A stretch of 64,000 nucleotides of DNA from Enoplolaimus lenunculus. Lineage: Eukaryota. Of the stretch, positions 1-14,100 are shown in pieces. Where the stretch lies: assembly GCA_030248215.1 (NCBI GenBank), contig JASANG010003765.1:372001-436000 (forward strand), in the 5' to 3' direction. The notes below the pieces were generated by a model, which worked only from the letters and a program-made list of their open reading frames with translations, did not search any database and was not told the origin of the DNA. The position numbers were made by a program, and so were the translations under genes. Each line of letters opens with the position of its first letter. Within the stretch, counting starts at the first letter, position 1.

Positions 1-567
1 TTTTAAGACAATTAATGAAAATCCAATAAACATAACAATTCGCATGCTGCTTTTAGGCCCATACGATGAAATGTAAATAACATTTATCACCAGATAGTTA
101 GTGACAGGTTTTAAAGCTCACGAAGTATTGCAGTTACAGATCTCAAAATTGGCACAGTATTAGGGCAATCAAATCTGAAATACGAGCTGAACTGCGAAGA
201 TCATCAGTTTATGATTCGAAAGCTACAAGACCTATCACCAACAAGTGATAGGTGCTAGGTGCAACGCGCCGCACATTTGGGAACAGGGGCACTAGTCGCA
301 AGAATAACCCAGCTCAACCGAGTATAAATTTTAGTTCACAAAGAAATTGCAATACATTTAAGATTTAATCGCATGAATCTTGCTTTCATGGGTATTGTAA
401 ACATCAACGATAGTTTTGCTTACGTTTTTGAATGTGTTTTAAAACAATATGTAACAAACAATCTGGCAGAGACGAGCGAAGTACGTAATACAATGCGATA
501 ACAAGAATGTAAATAATTAAGCTAGAAAATAAATTCTTTATGAATAGTATATAAGCATTAAACTCAC

Positions 568-3289
568 TGTATTAATAGCCATTCGAGCTTCATAATTGTC
601 TACACAACTTAGCACCAAATCTACTTGTTGACCGATGAGACTGCCAGTTCTACAAGATTTTCAGTACGAGGCATATTACACAAAATACGGTAATTGCAGT
701 TATTAGTTAATTAATTCATGATGAAAAAAGTTGAAAATTGTGCGCAGCCATAGTACTGCAATAATAATCAGTGACAGTAAAGCAGCAACGCAGCTTCACA
801 ACGCAACGATGGATAATAAAAAAGAAATGTAAGACTTTTCGTCACATGTACATCTATTATACTGTTTACGTAAATGTCAAATATCAAAACATACTTGAGA
901 ATGTTAGTAAAGTGATCAAAGTTATCAACAGTAGTGATATTATAGTTGTAGCATTGAATTGTTACATCCGGATTTATGCTGCTGAAATCGTAAAATATTA
1001 TTTAGTTGCAAAATTTGCAGCGCCAATGTTATTCATTTTTCCTAATAAACAGCGCAGATGGTAAGCTTAAATTGCCAGTAAATGTTCATGATCGTACAAT
1101 CTTCCTCAACAAACTGAGGGACGACTTGTTAGTTGAAATTTTAGTGGCATCGATAACTGTCAAATTAAGTATGTCACCGTCGCTTATCAGCCTCTAATTA
1201 TTCAATGTTCAAGCGCAAAAAATTATACACTGACAGACACTTGTCGCGATACTTGAAGGCTGTGCAGTAAGTACTCTTAATTTGCTGGTTCATATTTTTA
1301 TTACATCACGCACAGTATACACTACAAAACTGGAATGTTGTCCAAAATACGTATGTAGAGCATTCCAGCTTTAAGTACACAGATATAAACGTTTGATTTT
1401 TTTAAAACGCAAGCAGTAAATTGTTCAAAGAGTGCCATTCATACGTCCGATGTATATCAGGAATTTAAAAATCACGTTAGAACGACTTAATACCTTACTT
1501 AAGTCAACATTGAGGACCAAATTTCAGAAATATAGTCTTAGTTCGAAAGCTTGCGATATACTTAGCCACATGCGTTAACAAAACACTTTATCAGCATACC
1601 GTTCGCGATTAAAAAGCTTAAAACGTCACGTCATCATCGTGTACCAGATAAGTGTAAACCATAACAACCATTTATATTCGTTACTTATTTTTGTACCCTT
1701 AGTGACCAAATTCACACAAATATATAATGCTTTCTTACTCGAGAGTAGCTTTTGCAGCATCCACTTTGCTTAATCCCGCTTGATTTGGTTGATAAAATAG
1801 TCTATTCATATTTGCAAGCTCGACCTTGTCATAGTCAAACAATATTAACTGAAATACAAAAGTAGTGTCTAATGCGCTTCTAAAACAAAAAATATAACTG
1901 TTTTGAAAGGAAGTTTCACAGCCAAACTACGACCATCACACCAAAGTTTTGCAACATAGATGACTCGAATGTGATCCAATAAAGACATAAATGAGCTGCA
2001 CATTCATTCGACGCAACCGCAATGATAACTATCAATTTGACGAAACCACGATATGTAAAACTGACAGCGGTTATTAAAATGGAAGGTATTTGTAGAATGA
2101 CAGCTAAACATTTGGAAATAAATATTTCCCGCATACAATAACCTTATTAAACAACGCTCAAGTACTAATGTAACTAAATAATGGTCTTAATCCAATCTAT
2201 CCTTTCCTTATACCCTTCTGTATATACTTTTTAACAAATTTTGTATTCAATTTGTTAAGCCCCTACTGTTCTCGATGGAACTATAAAAATATAACACAAA
2301 CTAACCTTTCCTATACCACAACGAGTAAGCATTTCGGCTACTACACTACCAACGCCGCCTATTCCAACCACAGCAACTGTGAATGTGCGAATTTTCTATA
2401 ACGAAGTTAAAGGTAACTGATGAAACTGCAACTAGGAAAAAAATTGTAAGATGCATTAGCAGTCGTAATGAAATTACATGTCTTGATGGTAGCACGCTCC
2501 CACGGTCAAGTTGTTAAAATGATGTACAAATGAAACCTTTAGCCTCTAGATACGTAAAAATAACGGGACAATGAACCAAATGTTATGATTTATTTAGTCA
2601 ACAGCTGACGGCATAATCAGTCCAGTATATACGGTTATAGTTACTGACACATAGTACCACGGGGCTCTGAATTTCTAACCTCGTAATCTTCAACGATGCC
2701 CATCTTTTTCAAAGCCATTAGACGGCTGAAACCAAGAATATCATTTAAAGATATCTATGAAATAAAAATGGTATGAATAGCAACGAACTATATACACCAA
2801 CCAGGATGGTAAGAAATGTTGTCATTCGGATTCGACAAAAATTTTATCCAACAATGTTCGGCAATATCTTTTTTATTTTTAAGCAATAAAAATTGCAAAT
2901 AACTTCTGATATAAAACAAATCAATATTTTTTGTTTCAGGACGCAAATCTTAATTTGCGAACTGCAAGATTCGAATTCGGTTTCCATCAAATCGTGGAAT
3001 CGGTGCCACCCTTAAATATAACACATTGTCAACACAACACTTGACTAAGCGTATGCATGATTCGAAAAATATAATATAGGTACACACACCACATTAAAAC
3101 CATGCATACGCAATCAGCATGCATGTAGAATATATACCTGTAAGGATTGGTATGAACAACTTCAGCGCTCATTTTTTCGATTCTTTTTCTTCCGAGCATG
3201 CATCCATTTTGCTCCAATGCGTCTGACACGCCAAGGTTTTTTCTTAAAGCGTTAATCTCTTGTTTTATCTTATTTATATCTGTCATCAT
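568..3289 (-). CDS. UBA5: Ubiquitin-like modifier-activating enzyme 5 (UFM1 E1), 5' exons only; gene continues past the left edge
   Basis: GT-AG exons with matching phases: 3138-3289, 2680-2725, 2306-2395, 1739-1848, 895-981, 568-649. Spliced translation [82 protein letters not shown]...INPDV...[19 protein letters not shown] matches the UBA5 ThiF-family adenylation domain. Confidence 0.96.
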
Positions 3290-3599
3290 TCACCTACATA
3301 ACGTCAAATACTAACTATGCGTATAACACACAATTATAAGTTAGGCTCCTCTAATTTAACAATCAGGAATTGCAAAACCACTCGTTTCGTAATAACATTT
3401 TGAAAGGACAAAATGTCCAATATTTAAAATATTAAAACACTTGGCCAGAAAACTGTAAAAAATCCGGTTCTTGCATCTTTTAATGCGGAACAGGAACAGG
3501 AATTGAATTTTTGCATGAATTTGGGTTGAACCTTGGCTAGCAGGCTCGTACGGTCGACTATGATTGATATCCGGCCCGCGCCGGATAAATAATTCAATC

Positions 3600-3630
<31 letters not shown>
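3600..3630. repeat. (TAA)10 microsatellite
   Basis: Directly visible. Confidence 0.95.
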
Positions 3631-3632
<2 letters not shown>

Positions 3633-3789
3633 ATGGCATTCAAATATCAAAACGTAGCTAAAATTCTTCCCTCCGTGGCCTAAGATACCAAAGTGTTTAC
3701 GTGAAACAAAGTTTAAAATCTTACGCGGATGCATTTTTAACACTTTAACAGCGACCTTATTATAGTATTCTGTGTGTTTTTTTAAGGTT

Positions 3790-4245
3790 ACCTACGAAAG
3801 AGAAAATGCCGATCGATGGCAGTTACGTATTTTCTTAGAAAAATGCACAGTTATGCATTTTGGACCGCGTAATACCTGGTTCAAATATCGTATCGAAAAT
3901 ACGACATTGGAAAGTGTAAGCTCATTTAAAGAGTTGGGGGTTATTTTTCATTCCTCGCTTAACTTTTCGGCTCACTGTGATATTATAGTGTCTAAGGTGT
4001 ATAGAATCATAAACTTGATATTTAAATGTTTTAAAGTTTCAAGCATTTCGGAATATATTAAAGACTACACTAGCTTTGTATCATCTGTTTTGGAATATTG
4101 TTCATGTGTATGGAACCCTGTACTTCTAAGAAATTTGACAAAATTGAAACAGTGCAACTCTATTTTACACGTCAGTTGTTGTAACTTTGAATGTGGTCTT
4201 GGTGACTATAAATCATGCTTGAAACAATTCAATTTAGAGTTGAAG
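3790..4245 (+). mobile_element. Degenerate CR1/L2-type non-LTR retrotransposon fragment (C-terminal RT/thumb region)
   Basis: ORF 3772-4257 has WQL..F.EKC.VMHFG, VSSFKELGVIF.SSLNFSAHC..IV.K and VLEYCSCVWNP, typical of the region after the RT core in CR1/L2-clade ORF2. Similarity is lost shortly after VWNP (apparent frameshift) and no upstream RT core is seen. Confidence 0.85.
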
Positions 4246-4275
4246 GCCGGGCTGTGACATGCGGATTCCTGGAGG

Positions 4276-4685
4276 CAGGGTTCAACCGGAATTCCTGTTT
4301 CGGCCGGAATTCCTGCATAAATTCAATTCCTGTTCCTGTTCCTGCATTTAAAGATGCAGGAACCGGAATCTTTACGGTTTTCTTCAAAATTATTTATAAT
4401 CATTTAAATATTCGAAACTTTGTCTATGAAAAATTGTTACTTCTAAATGAGCGTTTTTACAATTAGTTTGATCTTGTTAATAAACAGTTTCTGATGTGTT
4501 TTCGCCAAACTTGATTGTGAAATAGCTCAAAAAATTGCTTAAGCCATTTTTTGGCAAATTTTTCTGAAAAGCCCAACAGTAATTCGGTGATGAAAATTAT
4601 TTCAAATTACTGTTCCTGTTCCGGGTCCTGCAAAGAAATCAATTTCTGTTCCTGTTCCTGTTCCGGCAAAATTTAGTTCCTAGTG
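4276..4685 (+). mobile_element. MITE-like element with TTCCTG(T) subrepeats; related copies at about 3410-3540 (inverted) and 7400-7790
   Basis: Shared blocks such as ttcctgttcctg...aaagatgcaggaaccggaa...taatcatttaaatatt and gtaattcggtgatgaaaattatt; CAGGG start. Confidence 0.7.
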
Positions 4686-4930
4686 CCTTCATATGCAGCA
4701 GCAGTAAAACATGGAAGAAACAAGATACTTGAGTATAATGTTGAGGTTAATACGCATAAAAACCTGAAAACTCTGCAGCTGATTGTCAGGCGGCGTGACT
4801 CAGTGGTAGCGCTCTGGACTGAGAATCTGTCAGTAATCTGATGGATATCTCGTGAGAACGACCCTCCTTTTTAGCTGCAAGAACTCAGAAGTAAAAACCG
4901 TCGCACACTAGCCTATCCAACTTATCACAC

Positions 4931-4995
4931 GGGTCCGTGGAGCAGTTGTAGAGCGTTCGCTTAAGGATCAGCATGCTTAAAGTTCGATCCCCGCT
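4931..4995 (+). other. tRNA-derived (SINE-like) relic; a second A-box-only relic at about 4789-4830
   Basis: A-box-like TGGAGCAGTTG and B-box GTTCGATCC at tRNA-like spacing, but no clean cloverleaf. Confidence 0.5.
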
Positions 4996-6789
4996 TTGTA
5001 GGAGCGCTTCGGATGCGATATCATGTCGAAACGGGGTAGACGACTAATGACTAGAAATGGATTCGGGTTTTCCGTAAGAACTCAAAATTGACAGTTGCGA
5101 CCAGCATGTATTTCGAAAAATCAATTTAGTATGTATCAACTTTCAGTCAATGTGTCTGTTTTACAATATTACAGAAAACGTTTCCACACAAAAAGTAAAG
5201 TATGTAGCTACGTATTTCTATGGACAGCCACGGAATGATTTCAAATTACACTCAATTTTATTGTTCGGCCAGGTCTGTCTGGTCGCTTGTTACTCGTTAG
5301 TTACAATGCACAGTATATATATTATTAAAAGTTGGAGGTGTTTTCCTTAGGTTATTAGTTGACCGGATATATCATAGTAGTTCTGGACACCATAGAGAAG
5401 AATCTATGTTTTCTCAAACATCAAACTTCCTTACCAACGTCATATTATTGCAATCTAGAATAAAAATAGATAAACTGCTCACATTGTGTATTAAGTACAA
5501 TACTGGTTAGAAGACTAAATAAGATGTCGTGTTCTATTAGTGAATAGATCATTAATAATTTACAGTATTGCATGAAGGCAGTGTCACGACATATCAGACC
5601 GATTGCCGTTTGCACTGTTTTCTACAGCGGTTTACGTACATATGTAGTTGTTCCAGCCGAAGAACAGATACAAATTTAGCGAGAAACTATACTTTACATT
5701 CTTTCCGCAAACGCAGGTTACTGCTGAATAAATTCATGTTCACAATGGTTTTCAAAAGATAGCTATATATCATGAAGATTTTACGCATTTCAACGAAGTG
5801 GTTTGCAGTCCGAGTTCGAAATGGAGGGTGTATCACGTTTTGCGGCGTATTACGTATAAACGATTTCTACTGATGTCTACATCGTGTACTTTTCTTCGTA
5901 CTAGGGTATGTTTGCAAGCTATTATTGAGAATTTCAAAGAATTCCCTTTTCGGCTGCTCCCTATAAACGTTTGATATTATGCCGGTTCTGGGGCGTTTGT
6001 GCATCCAATTAGTAGCTTCTTTGTGGCCGTTTTTGCCCTCCACTAAAGCAGTACTCGTCACTAACGCACAGTTTTGAGGAATTGGGAAGGCTGGTTCTTC
6101 GTGGACTTAGCATACAAGAAACTATACCAAATGAGTTATTTTTACAAGCAGCAAGCTCGTACGTAAAAAGTAATCAGTGCCAAAACACTTTTAATCACCT
6201 TATGAAATAACAGTGTCTGCTTTAAAATAAAGACCTGACCAAATAATTTTTGCACAGCCGAAACATACTGCACACGCAAAAACGTAACAACTATTGCAGG
6301 CAGAAATAAGTATATATTATTCCTGTACAGCATAGGTCGGGTCTATAAAAGACTAACTTTTATACATTCTAGATTACATTTTTTTGCTTAGGCTTAGGCT
6401 TAGGAAATCATTTTTGCAACACTTAGGCTTTAGGCTTAGGCTTATAGGAATACACTTAATCTACTGTTACGCCCCTTAAAGTAACATTGGCCGGTCAGCT
6501 GGTATCTTTCGTGTAAACAGATAAAGCCAAATCAGAGTTACTCAATTGCTAGGATAATATTTTAGTAAACAAACCTATGTTTATTGAAACTGGACTGGAT
6601 CGCGGTTTCTTTTGCAACTATTCGATAACTGCTAGTTTATTTACGCCTTCATACTATATTTTACTAATGGCGTTTGCCAATGGCGTAGCAGTTGATAGGC
6701 GTTGCAACGTGTTGAATTGTTTTTGTTGTCATTTGAGCGCGTTTCCGACCAACCTTTTTCAGGATTCAATGTAAGGTACCTCACTTATG

Positions 6790-6934
6790 CATTGCAAAAA
6801 ATGGTGAGTCAAATAGACTTTCTGAAATAGGCTCTACGGGATTACACAAACTGAGTCAAATTGGACTCCGCCAGAGTCAAATACGACTCTCTGAGTTCGG
6901 AATAGTCAATTGTACTCACCATTTTTTGCAGTGT
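6790..6934. mobile_element. Fold-back MITE family with CACTGCAAAAAATGGTGAGTCAA termini; copies at about 24381-24512, 26836-26920, 28379-28585, 30731-30943
   Basis: Five copies share aaatggtgagtcaaattgactctctccgaaataggctctacgggactacacaaactgagtcaaa; the copy near 30731-30943 is an almost complete inverted repeat. Confidence 0.85.
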
Positions 6935-8156
6935 ACGCACTCGGTTCAAATAACGGAAACTGCAGATGCCAGCATATGAAGCTTTTTGGTTATTAACTCG
7001 CGGTGACCATTTATTTGGCCTTCCTACAAAAATCTTGTTTAAACTTTTATTCAAAATTGCTTCAACGTTGTCGACAAACTCAATGAATTGCTGGAACCTC
7101 AGACAAAAATCCGAAATTCTACAGCAGCGGGAAGCCAATCTTCTGCTGAAGGGAGACCTCTGGTTGTGACCTGAAAACCTATTAAGGAAAAGTTTTATTG
7201 GATTTACATCTCTGAATTGAATGGACAATTTGTTTTCAAGAGCTTATTAATGTTTCTAATTGGAACAACTAGCTGCAATTTGCGCTTTCCAAACATACCA
7301 TTCTTAGTTACTTCAACCCGTTTACATATTAATGTTTTAGGTTTCATCAAAGAGCTAGGTTGCAGCTGTTAATTATCAGGATAACTATAAGAGCTGGACG
7401 CTCGAACCGCGGCGTGAATTTCTCCAAAGTTCCTGTTTTTTCTATTCAAAGGCGCAGGAACCGGAAATTTTAGGGTTTTATGGCGAATTATTTGTAATCA
7501 TTTAAATATTGGACGCTTTGAAGTTGCACCTTTGTTTTATTTCGAAATGAGTGTTTTTGCAATTTAGTTCAGTTTTGTTAATAAGCTGTTATATTAACAA
7601 TATGATGTGCTTTCGCCAAACAATACGATGAAAATACTAAAAATTTGCTTATGGCACTTTTTGACTACATCTAGTTTTGTATACAGTAGAATAGTAAATT
7701 CGGTGATGAAAATTATTCCAAAGTTCGGTCCCTGATCCAATTTCAGTTCTTGCAAAGAATCAATTCCTGTTCTCCATCCAGTTCCGACAAAACATACTAT
7801 ACATTGTGAGCGCACACGTTCGATTGCAAAGCTTTATGGGATAGTGTCTACCAATTTTGCGATTTACAGAATGATTTTAATGATTTGAAACAAAAACAAA
7901 TTTAGCAAAATTGCGAAAACTGGCACTGCATAAAGTTCTTAGATGCAATAAAGTGGATCTATTTAAGTTGCACAACTTCGGTGCCCTAAATATTTCAATT
8001 CATATGTTCATGACGTCCGAAACAATTCTTTTATCGCTTTGACTTTAGCGGTTTTGTAAAATAAATGATACAATGTTTTTAGGTGTAGAGTTTTGTAGCA
8101 TATTTCGTCTTCATATAATTAATTATTATACTCGATCTACAAAATTTTTAAAGAAA

Positions 8157-11100
8157 ATGCAGCCGCGATCATCATTGCTCGTGATATTGGGCCACACAAC
8201 ATCGCCAGAGCACCTGGATGCAATCTATGATACATTTGCCGAACGTATGTAGAAATGTTTACAACTTTACCGGTCAATTTTTTGGATAAAAATAACAAAA
8301 TTCATTCAAAATCTTAAATCGCGACCGAATTAGCTTTTTTTCTATAAAAGCTTGAAATCTATTGAACTAAAATATGTTATAATACGTTTTACGTTAATAT
8401 TTTAATCACCATTATTTGTTTCTGTTTGGGTTACTTTTATTATCGGTTTGCATCCAGACTGCGAATAAATTTATAACGCAGTATTTTTGCTTGATTAGTT
8501 TCAAATTTCGAACTGTGACTACCACGGCGTAGGTATAATGCAAAAGCCGGGATAAGAAATACATTCAAAATAATATGTCTGACATTTAAGAAAAAATTTC
8601 TTACATTTAAGAAATATGATTAGCAAGGTACACTTGAAAAGCATTTCTGTTATAACAGAAAAGATTTCAGAAAAGTTCTGAAATAATGTCTGAAAATAAA
8701 CGTTGTCCAGCTATTTTTAGAAAAATTGTCTTAAATATCAGGAAAACATTCCAGATTTGCCACAGAAAATACTTTTCTGAACAAATTCAGAAATACTTTT
8801 TTCTGTGATATTTTATCGAAAGTTTTGAAGACAACAGGTGTATAGTTCCAAAAATGAGCTTAATAGCTTCTCGAAATGGACTCCTGACTACGCCCCTGTT
8901 CACTACGCATTTAATTTTGTCTTCTGCCTACTGATGAACACTCGCTTGGGACTATGATTCGTGACTTGATTTTACGTGAACAATTCCTTTTTTATTTAAG
9001 TCGTGCTAATGTATCACTGTCAAAAATGTTGCCAATTTTGTACATATATATTGGCCATGTCTTCGTATAGACGAATAAATAAGAAAGTTTTCCTGTCTAA
9101 TATTGGGTATTATTGTATATAGTTGGACACTCTGTTGGTGTGGGTACTATTATTAATCTCATCTCTCAGGGCCACTGTTGGTATTTATCACAGATGGGAA
9201 AGCGCCTTGTGTGAAAGCAACACGACATACAGCAGATTACGTTTTCGATGATACAAAACCATAGTTTAATTCCGTTCCGTTGTTCTGAAACCAGGGGTAA
9301 ACAACACCGGATCTGGGTCCAGAGCTCGTATTCTTAAAAGTATGCAGCACCAATAACCAGTTGGTGATAGATCCTGTTACTTTGGAACCAGCGCATGTGT
9401 TGAGCTTCGAAATTCAGCATATTCGAAAAGGCCTTGTGAGCAGAGCGAGCGACAAGCCAAACGCAATTTTCGTGGTACCTAGCTAAAAATTTGTCTGGTA
9501 GAAACTTTACCAATTTATCATAAACTTTTTCAAATGGGGATGCTCCCCTGTCGACCACGTGGATCCGCCCCTGGTACCCCTATTATTACCAGTTGATAAC
9601 AGTTCTTGTAACTTTTGATAAATTTAGCGAATTGTAGTATAATTGTAATTTTTTTGCCATGTTGCAGTGTAGCCTCTTCATCTATTTTTGGTTCTCATTG
9701 TCAGTTTCGCTAGTTTTCAACTGTTGTTGGTTGTTAATTAAGAAACCCAGCTAATATTTAGTGGTATCGTATGGGGTCTACAAGCGCTTCAGCATTACAC
9801 TTATACTGCCAAATTGTAACAATCAAACGGATCCGCTTTCCGTGTTAATTTTCATGTCGAATTGTTCACGCATAGAATCAGTATTATGTCAGAGTGACTC
9901 CCACAATGGTGATTTGTGTTTTTAAACTTTTTACAGCTTGTCAATGTTTTTGACACGGTAATAAAATCTTGGACTTGGTTGTGCCCGAGTGAATTTTTGA
10001 AACATTTTTATACTGGTACCTTATTAACTTACTTACTTTAACAAAGTTGCAATTGTGCTTATTAAATGCGCTCTTATATAACCTTCCAACCAGTTAGAAT
10101 GGCCAGTTGTTTTTACATACTCGTGGAGTAAATTTGACGCAGTTTTTAGTCGTATCACACTGTTGCTGCCGGTGGTTTTGTTGTTTTTCGCAATCCTAGT
10201 TTGCTGGTGATATATATATATCTATATATATGTATATATATATACATATTTTTCTTGTCTCTATGGGCAGTGTATATGGTGCACAAAAACAAAAACTGTC
10301 TGGAACAAGCGTTTTGTCCAGAATAAATTGATGTCAGAAACAAAAGGATTGGCCTTTTAGGGGCACATGCCACGCAAATCCGACGTTTGATGGTTGGAAC
10401 TATTCTTCAGTTTTGTACCATAAGTGGCGTTTCCAAACAACTATTGGCGCTTCTTACTATATTTGGAATGCCCGCCGCTTTCAACTTGGGGCTTGAACTG
10501 ATTATGCTCATTAAGAATTTGTGTTAAAAAGATTCCCTGCTTAGAATATTTCGCATAGTAAGTAGTTGTTCTTGTCATTCGAACTTGCAATCTTTAGTTG
10601 ACTTGAATAACAATTGGATTAAATTAAAAATCATTGAATTGGTTAGCGATCAGATTGAGCAAGTGTTCAGATTTAGCAATCTGGAGCTTTATGGCTGCTG
10701 CGGGATTCAGAAATTTAGCGGATGTTAGCCAGTTGGAATGTTGAATATTTTTAATTTCGCAGTCATTTTGCGGTTTGAGTTAGATTTTGTATATACATAG
10801 TTAAACACCAGCAAGCATACGCAGACATCGCTGTATTGGTTTCTGGGTTGATGTGCATTTTTACGGTATCGAGTATGTTCGCTGGTTCTGGCATAGTCGA
10901 ATCAAATAATGTGATTGACGGGTAAACAAAGTGTCACTTAGGGACAACGCAGAACCGGGTCTTTTTGACAGCCAGCAAATTGTGACCAAAAGACGGAAGT
11001 TTGAGCTTAATGGTAACCAAAAGCTCGCTTTTCAGCACGATAGAGCGAACCACCACATGGTAAAAGAACGTATACTGATAAAGAAAATGTTGTTAGTGAT

Positions 11101-14100
11101 TTTCAAAATACGAAGCGAAGAGTCTTCTTGGCTTAGGCTACTGTATTGACCCGAATAAGAGGGGGGATAATAAGAGGGGGTCCCCATTTTGAGTTTCAAT
11201 CAATAGGAGTCCGTATTCCTAATAAGAGTCCGTAAGCGGATAGAGTCCCTAAACCCTAATAAGAGTGCATAAATGTCAATTATCCGCAATTGTAGTCCAT
11301 AAATGACTCCAGGACCAAATAATACGAGTTTGAAACTTTAAAACTTACTTAAATTTTGAAGGTACATTCCAAAGTATAACGTTGCATTATCGCTCAAGCT
11401 TTTAATGCAAGGTAAAAACCGTTTAATTCAACGGAGGGTAGTGCAGGGCTGGTTCAAAATAAATAACAGTCCGTAACCGAATAACAAGGGGGGTACCCTC
11501 TGGAGAGGCCAAATAAATATCAGCCCCCCTTATTCGGGTCACTACATTACGTGTACTAAATCTGGTTGCGATGGCAGGAGTTCCGAAAAAAGTGACTTTT
11601 AACTGACTGAAAATTGGTATACAAACAGCAGATTGTCAAAATTGATTTCCAGAGGTGTAGCGAGGATTTTAGTTCCGGAGCATAACCTGATGTAAAAAAT
11701 TTTTTGTGACCTCTAATAGGCAGCGACGGATACTTTGTAATATACGAAACTGTTATCTTCGTTTAGTAGCATATAACAGATAACAACCTGTGGCTATCTT
11801 CACTTTACGGAAGCCTGGTACAAAAAGCTAAACCATTTGGTGAAAGTCGAGTTGTCAGTTGGACTTTTGGCTATTGTCCAAAAAATAAATATCTAAAACT
11901 TTACAAATATGAAGTTTAATATGTCTTCTCCTTACCGCTCTTCAATCTTGCTGATAACTGTTGTTCCATACGTTTAAGCATTTACAAAATTACGTTGAAA
12001 AGTTGGTAACCTACAACTGTTTTGCCACGTTAAATTTTGTTAATAATATAGGCGGACCACTTTTTAGAGTGTACAACAGAATATGAATTTGAGTCTCTGA
12101 AAATGTTGGCCCCCTAAATAAGGGTGGTGGGTCAAAAATGCAACGCGCACTGGGTACATTACACAGAATGTACGCACTTACACACTCTTGTAAAACGAGG
12201 ACGTCATTACACACTTGATATATAAACCAAGCGAATGTATATAATTCTGCAAGTTCGAAGAGGTTATAAAAATATAAATGCCAGGAATTGTTCGACAATG
12301 AAAATCATTGGCAAACAGGATATTTAAATAGCATCAATCTATAGCTAAATAGTTATGAGAATAATACTTGTTTTACACATATTAAATAATTTATTTTATT
12401 CTTTATTTCAGAGTTAATGTCGTGGAACGATGAGCTGGCATGTGCCGATGTTGCAATTGAATTGACAAACTTTGCAAACAAATGTTTACCGCCGGAAGTC
12501 ATTAGTCGAAGTAAGATCGGTGTTACCAGCAAATTGTTATATAATAATTATTGAAAAAGTTAAACCAATTTTAAATGGGCAACAAATATAACAAGTTATG
12601 ACGCTTACTTCTAGAAACCGGAGAATCAGTAATGCTTTAGCGGTTTTCGGCGTATTTATACAAACTACAGCCTGTTTTTCAGCAATATCTAGCCTATTTC
12701 ATGCAGGCATTTATTTCAATTCTATATTAGGCTATTTATTATAAGTTGTTGAAAGATATTAACGTTACGCTTGTATTGCAGTGGCCCAAATAACAGGACA
12801 GGGCTAATATTTATCAGCCTTCAGCAAGTTCTCTCCTGAGGAATCAAATATTTCGCTGAACGTTGTTCATTTCAGGTACCACTTATGCGCTCTAATTGAG
12901 CAAATTGATATTTACTGATTTTAATTGGGAATAAAGACTCGCGTACAGATACGGATTCTAACTATTAACTCCCGTTTTTACCCTCTCATTCGTGTCAGTT
13001 GGAGTTGCGCTGTTGACGCCGCGCGCCGCCGAACGCCGGCGCGCGCTACGGTAAAAGTTTTACCGCACTCCGCCGGACTCTGTCGCGTAACACTGTACTT
13101 TTAATAAAGTTTTCAGCGCGCGTCCGGCAAAGTTTTCGCGCGGCGAGTATTGCGCAACCCTAACAAGTCTTGTTATATTTCACTAGATTCACATTCGATA
13201 ATTAATGTTTAAATAAATTAAAAAATTGTTTTTGGAAAGTCGCTGACGCACAATAAATGAAACTCTCCCACTGTGTTATTGCTCCTTATAGATACGTATC
13301 TGTTGAGAAATGAAGATTCTTCCGTTGTATTTATCATTAATCCGACCAAAGCGGTTGTTGAAGATAGTTTTACTACGCTATTAACAAAACCAACGCATTA
13401 CAACCACATTTTTTATTCCGGATTAACACTGGCAGGTACTACTTGATTTTTGCATTCGAACGTGAATACCGGCAATGTTTAGCCGTAATGCTTCTGATGT
13501 TTAGTGTTCACTATTTCTCGACAAATCTTGTCAAACTCAATCTTTGTATGCCGACAGCCAGCTCAACATGCTTGTGGATAGAACACTTTGAGAAAGGGCA
13601 TGCGCGGATTTTAGTATGACTTACAAGCCAGGTTGAAAGATTAAATCCCATGCCAAAGGTTTTGGAGCACTACTCTAGTTTTTGTAAACAAAAGGCAAAC
13701 ATTTAACAACCACTGGGACCCGTTGTGGCTGGTGTTGCAATATTGAACATTATTATGTACTCGTGCGGCGTTTAAGGTTTGTTTCTAGTTTTAATATGGT
13801 GTGCAATATAGAAAAAAAACGTGCTTCCCATTTGAAAATTGCTAGTTATTCTATGCTCAAGATTTCAATGTTTCCTATTGTGTTTGTATATGAACGGGTA
13901 ACATTACGAAAATATGCTAGCATGTCCCCTGTTTGCTTTAACTGCAAAAAATCGTTTGTCCTCATACGTTTATCATTTTTTGCAATTAAATACTGAAACC
14001 GCCGCTGATTGCAACTGAAAATATATATTTCCAAAAATTAAGGAACAGGATCTTGGCTGTTAACTGATAGCACATATTCGTTCAACGATTTCACACGTTT

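Noticed and set aside
4789..4995. Functional tRNA genes
   Set aside because: A/B boxes are present but the acceptor and anticodon stems do not pair properly; treated as SINE-like relics.
5867..7228. Hidden minus-strand gene between UBA5 and MAP1 (128-aa and 64-aa ORFs)
   Set aside because: No recognisable motif, the 128-aa ORF ends inside a MITE, and I could not build a consistent exon chain.
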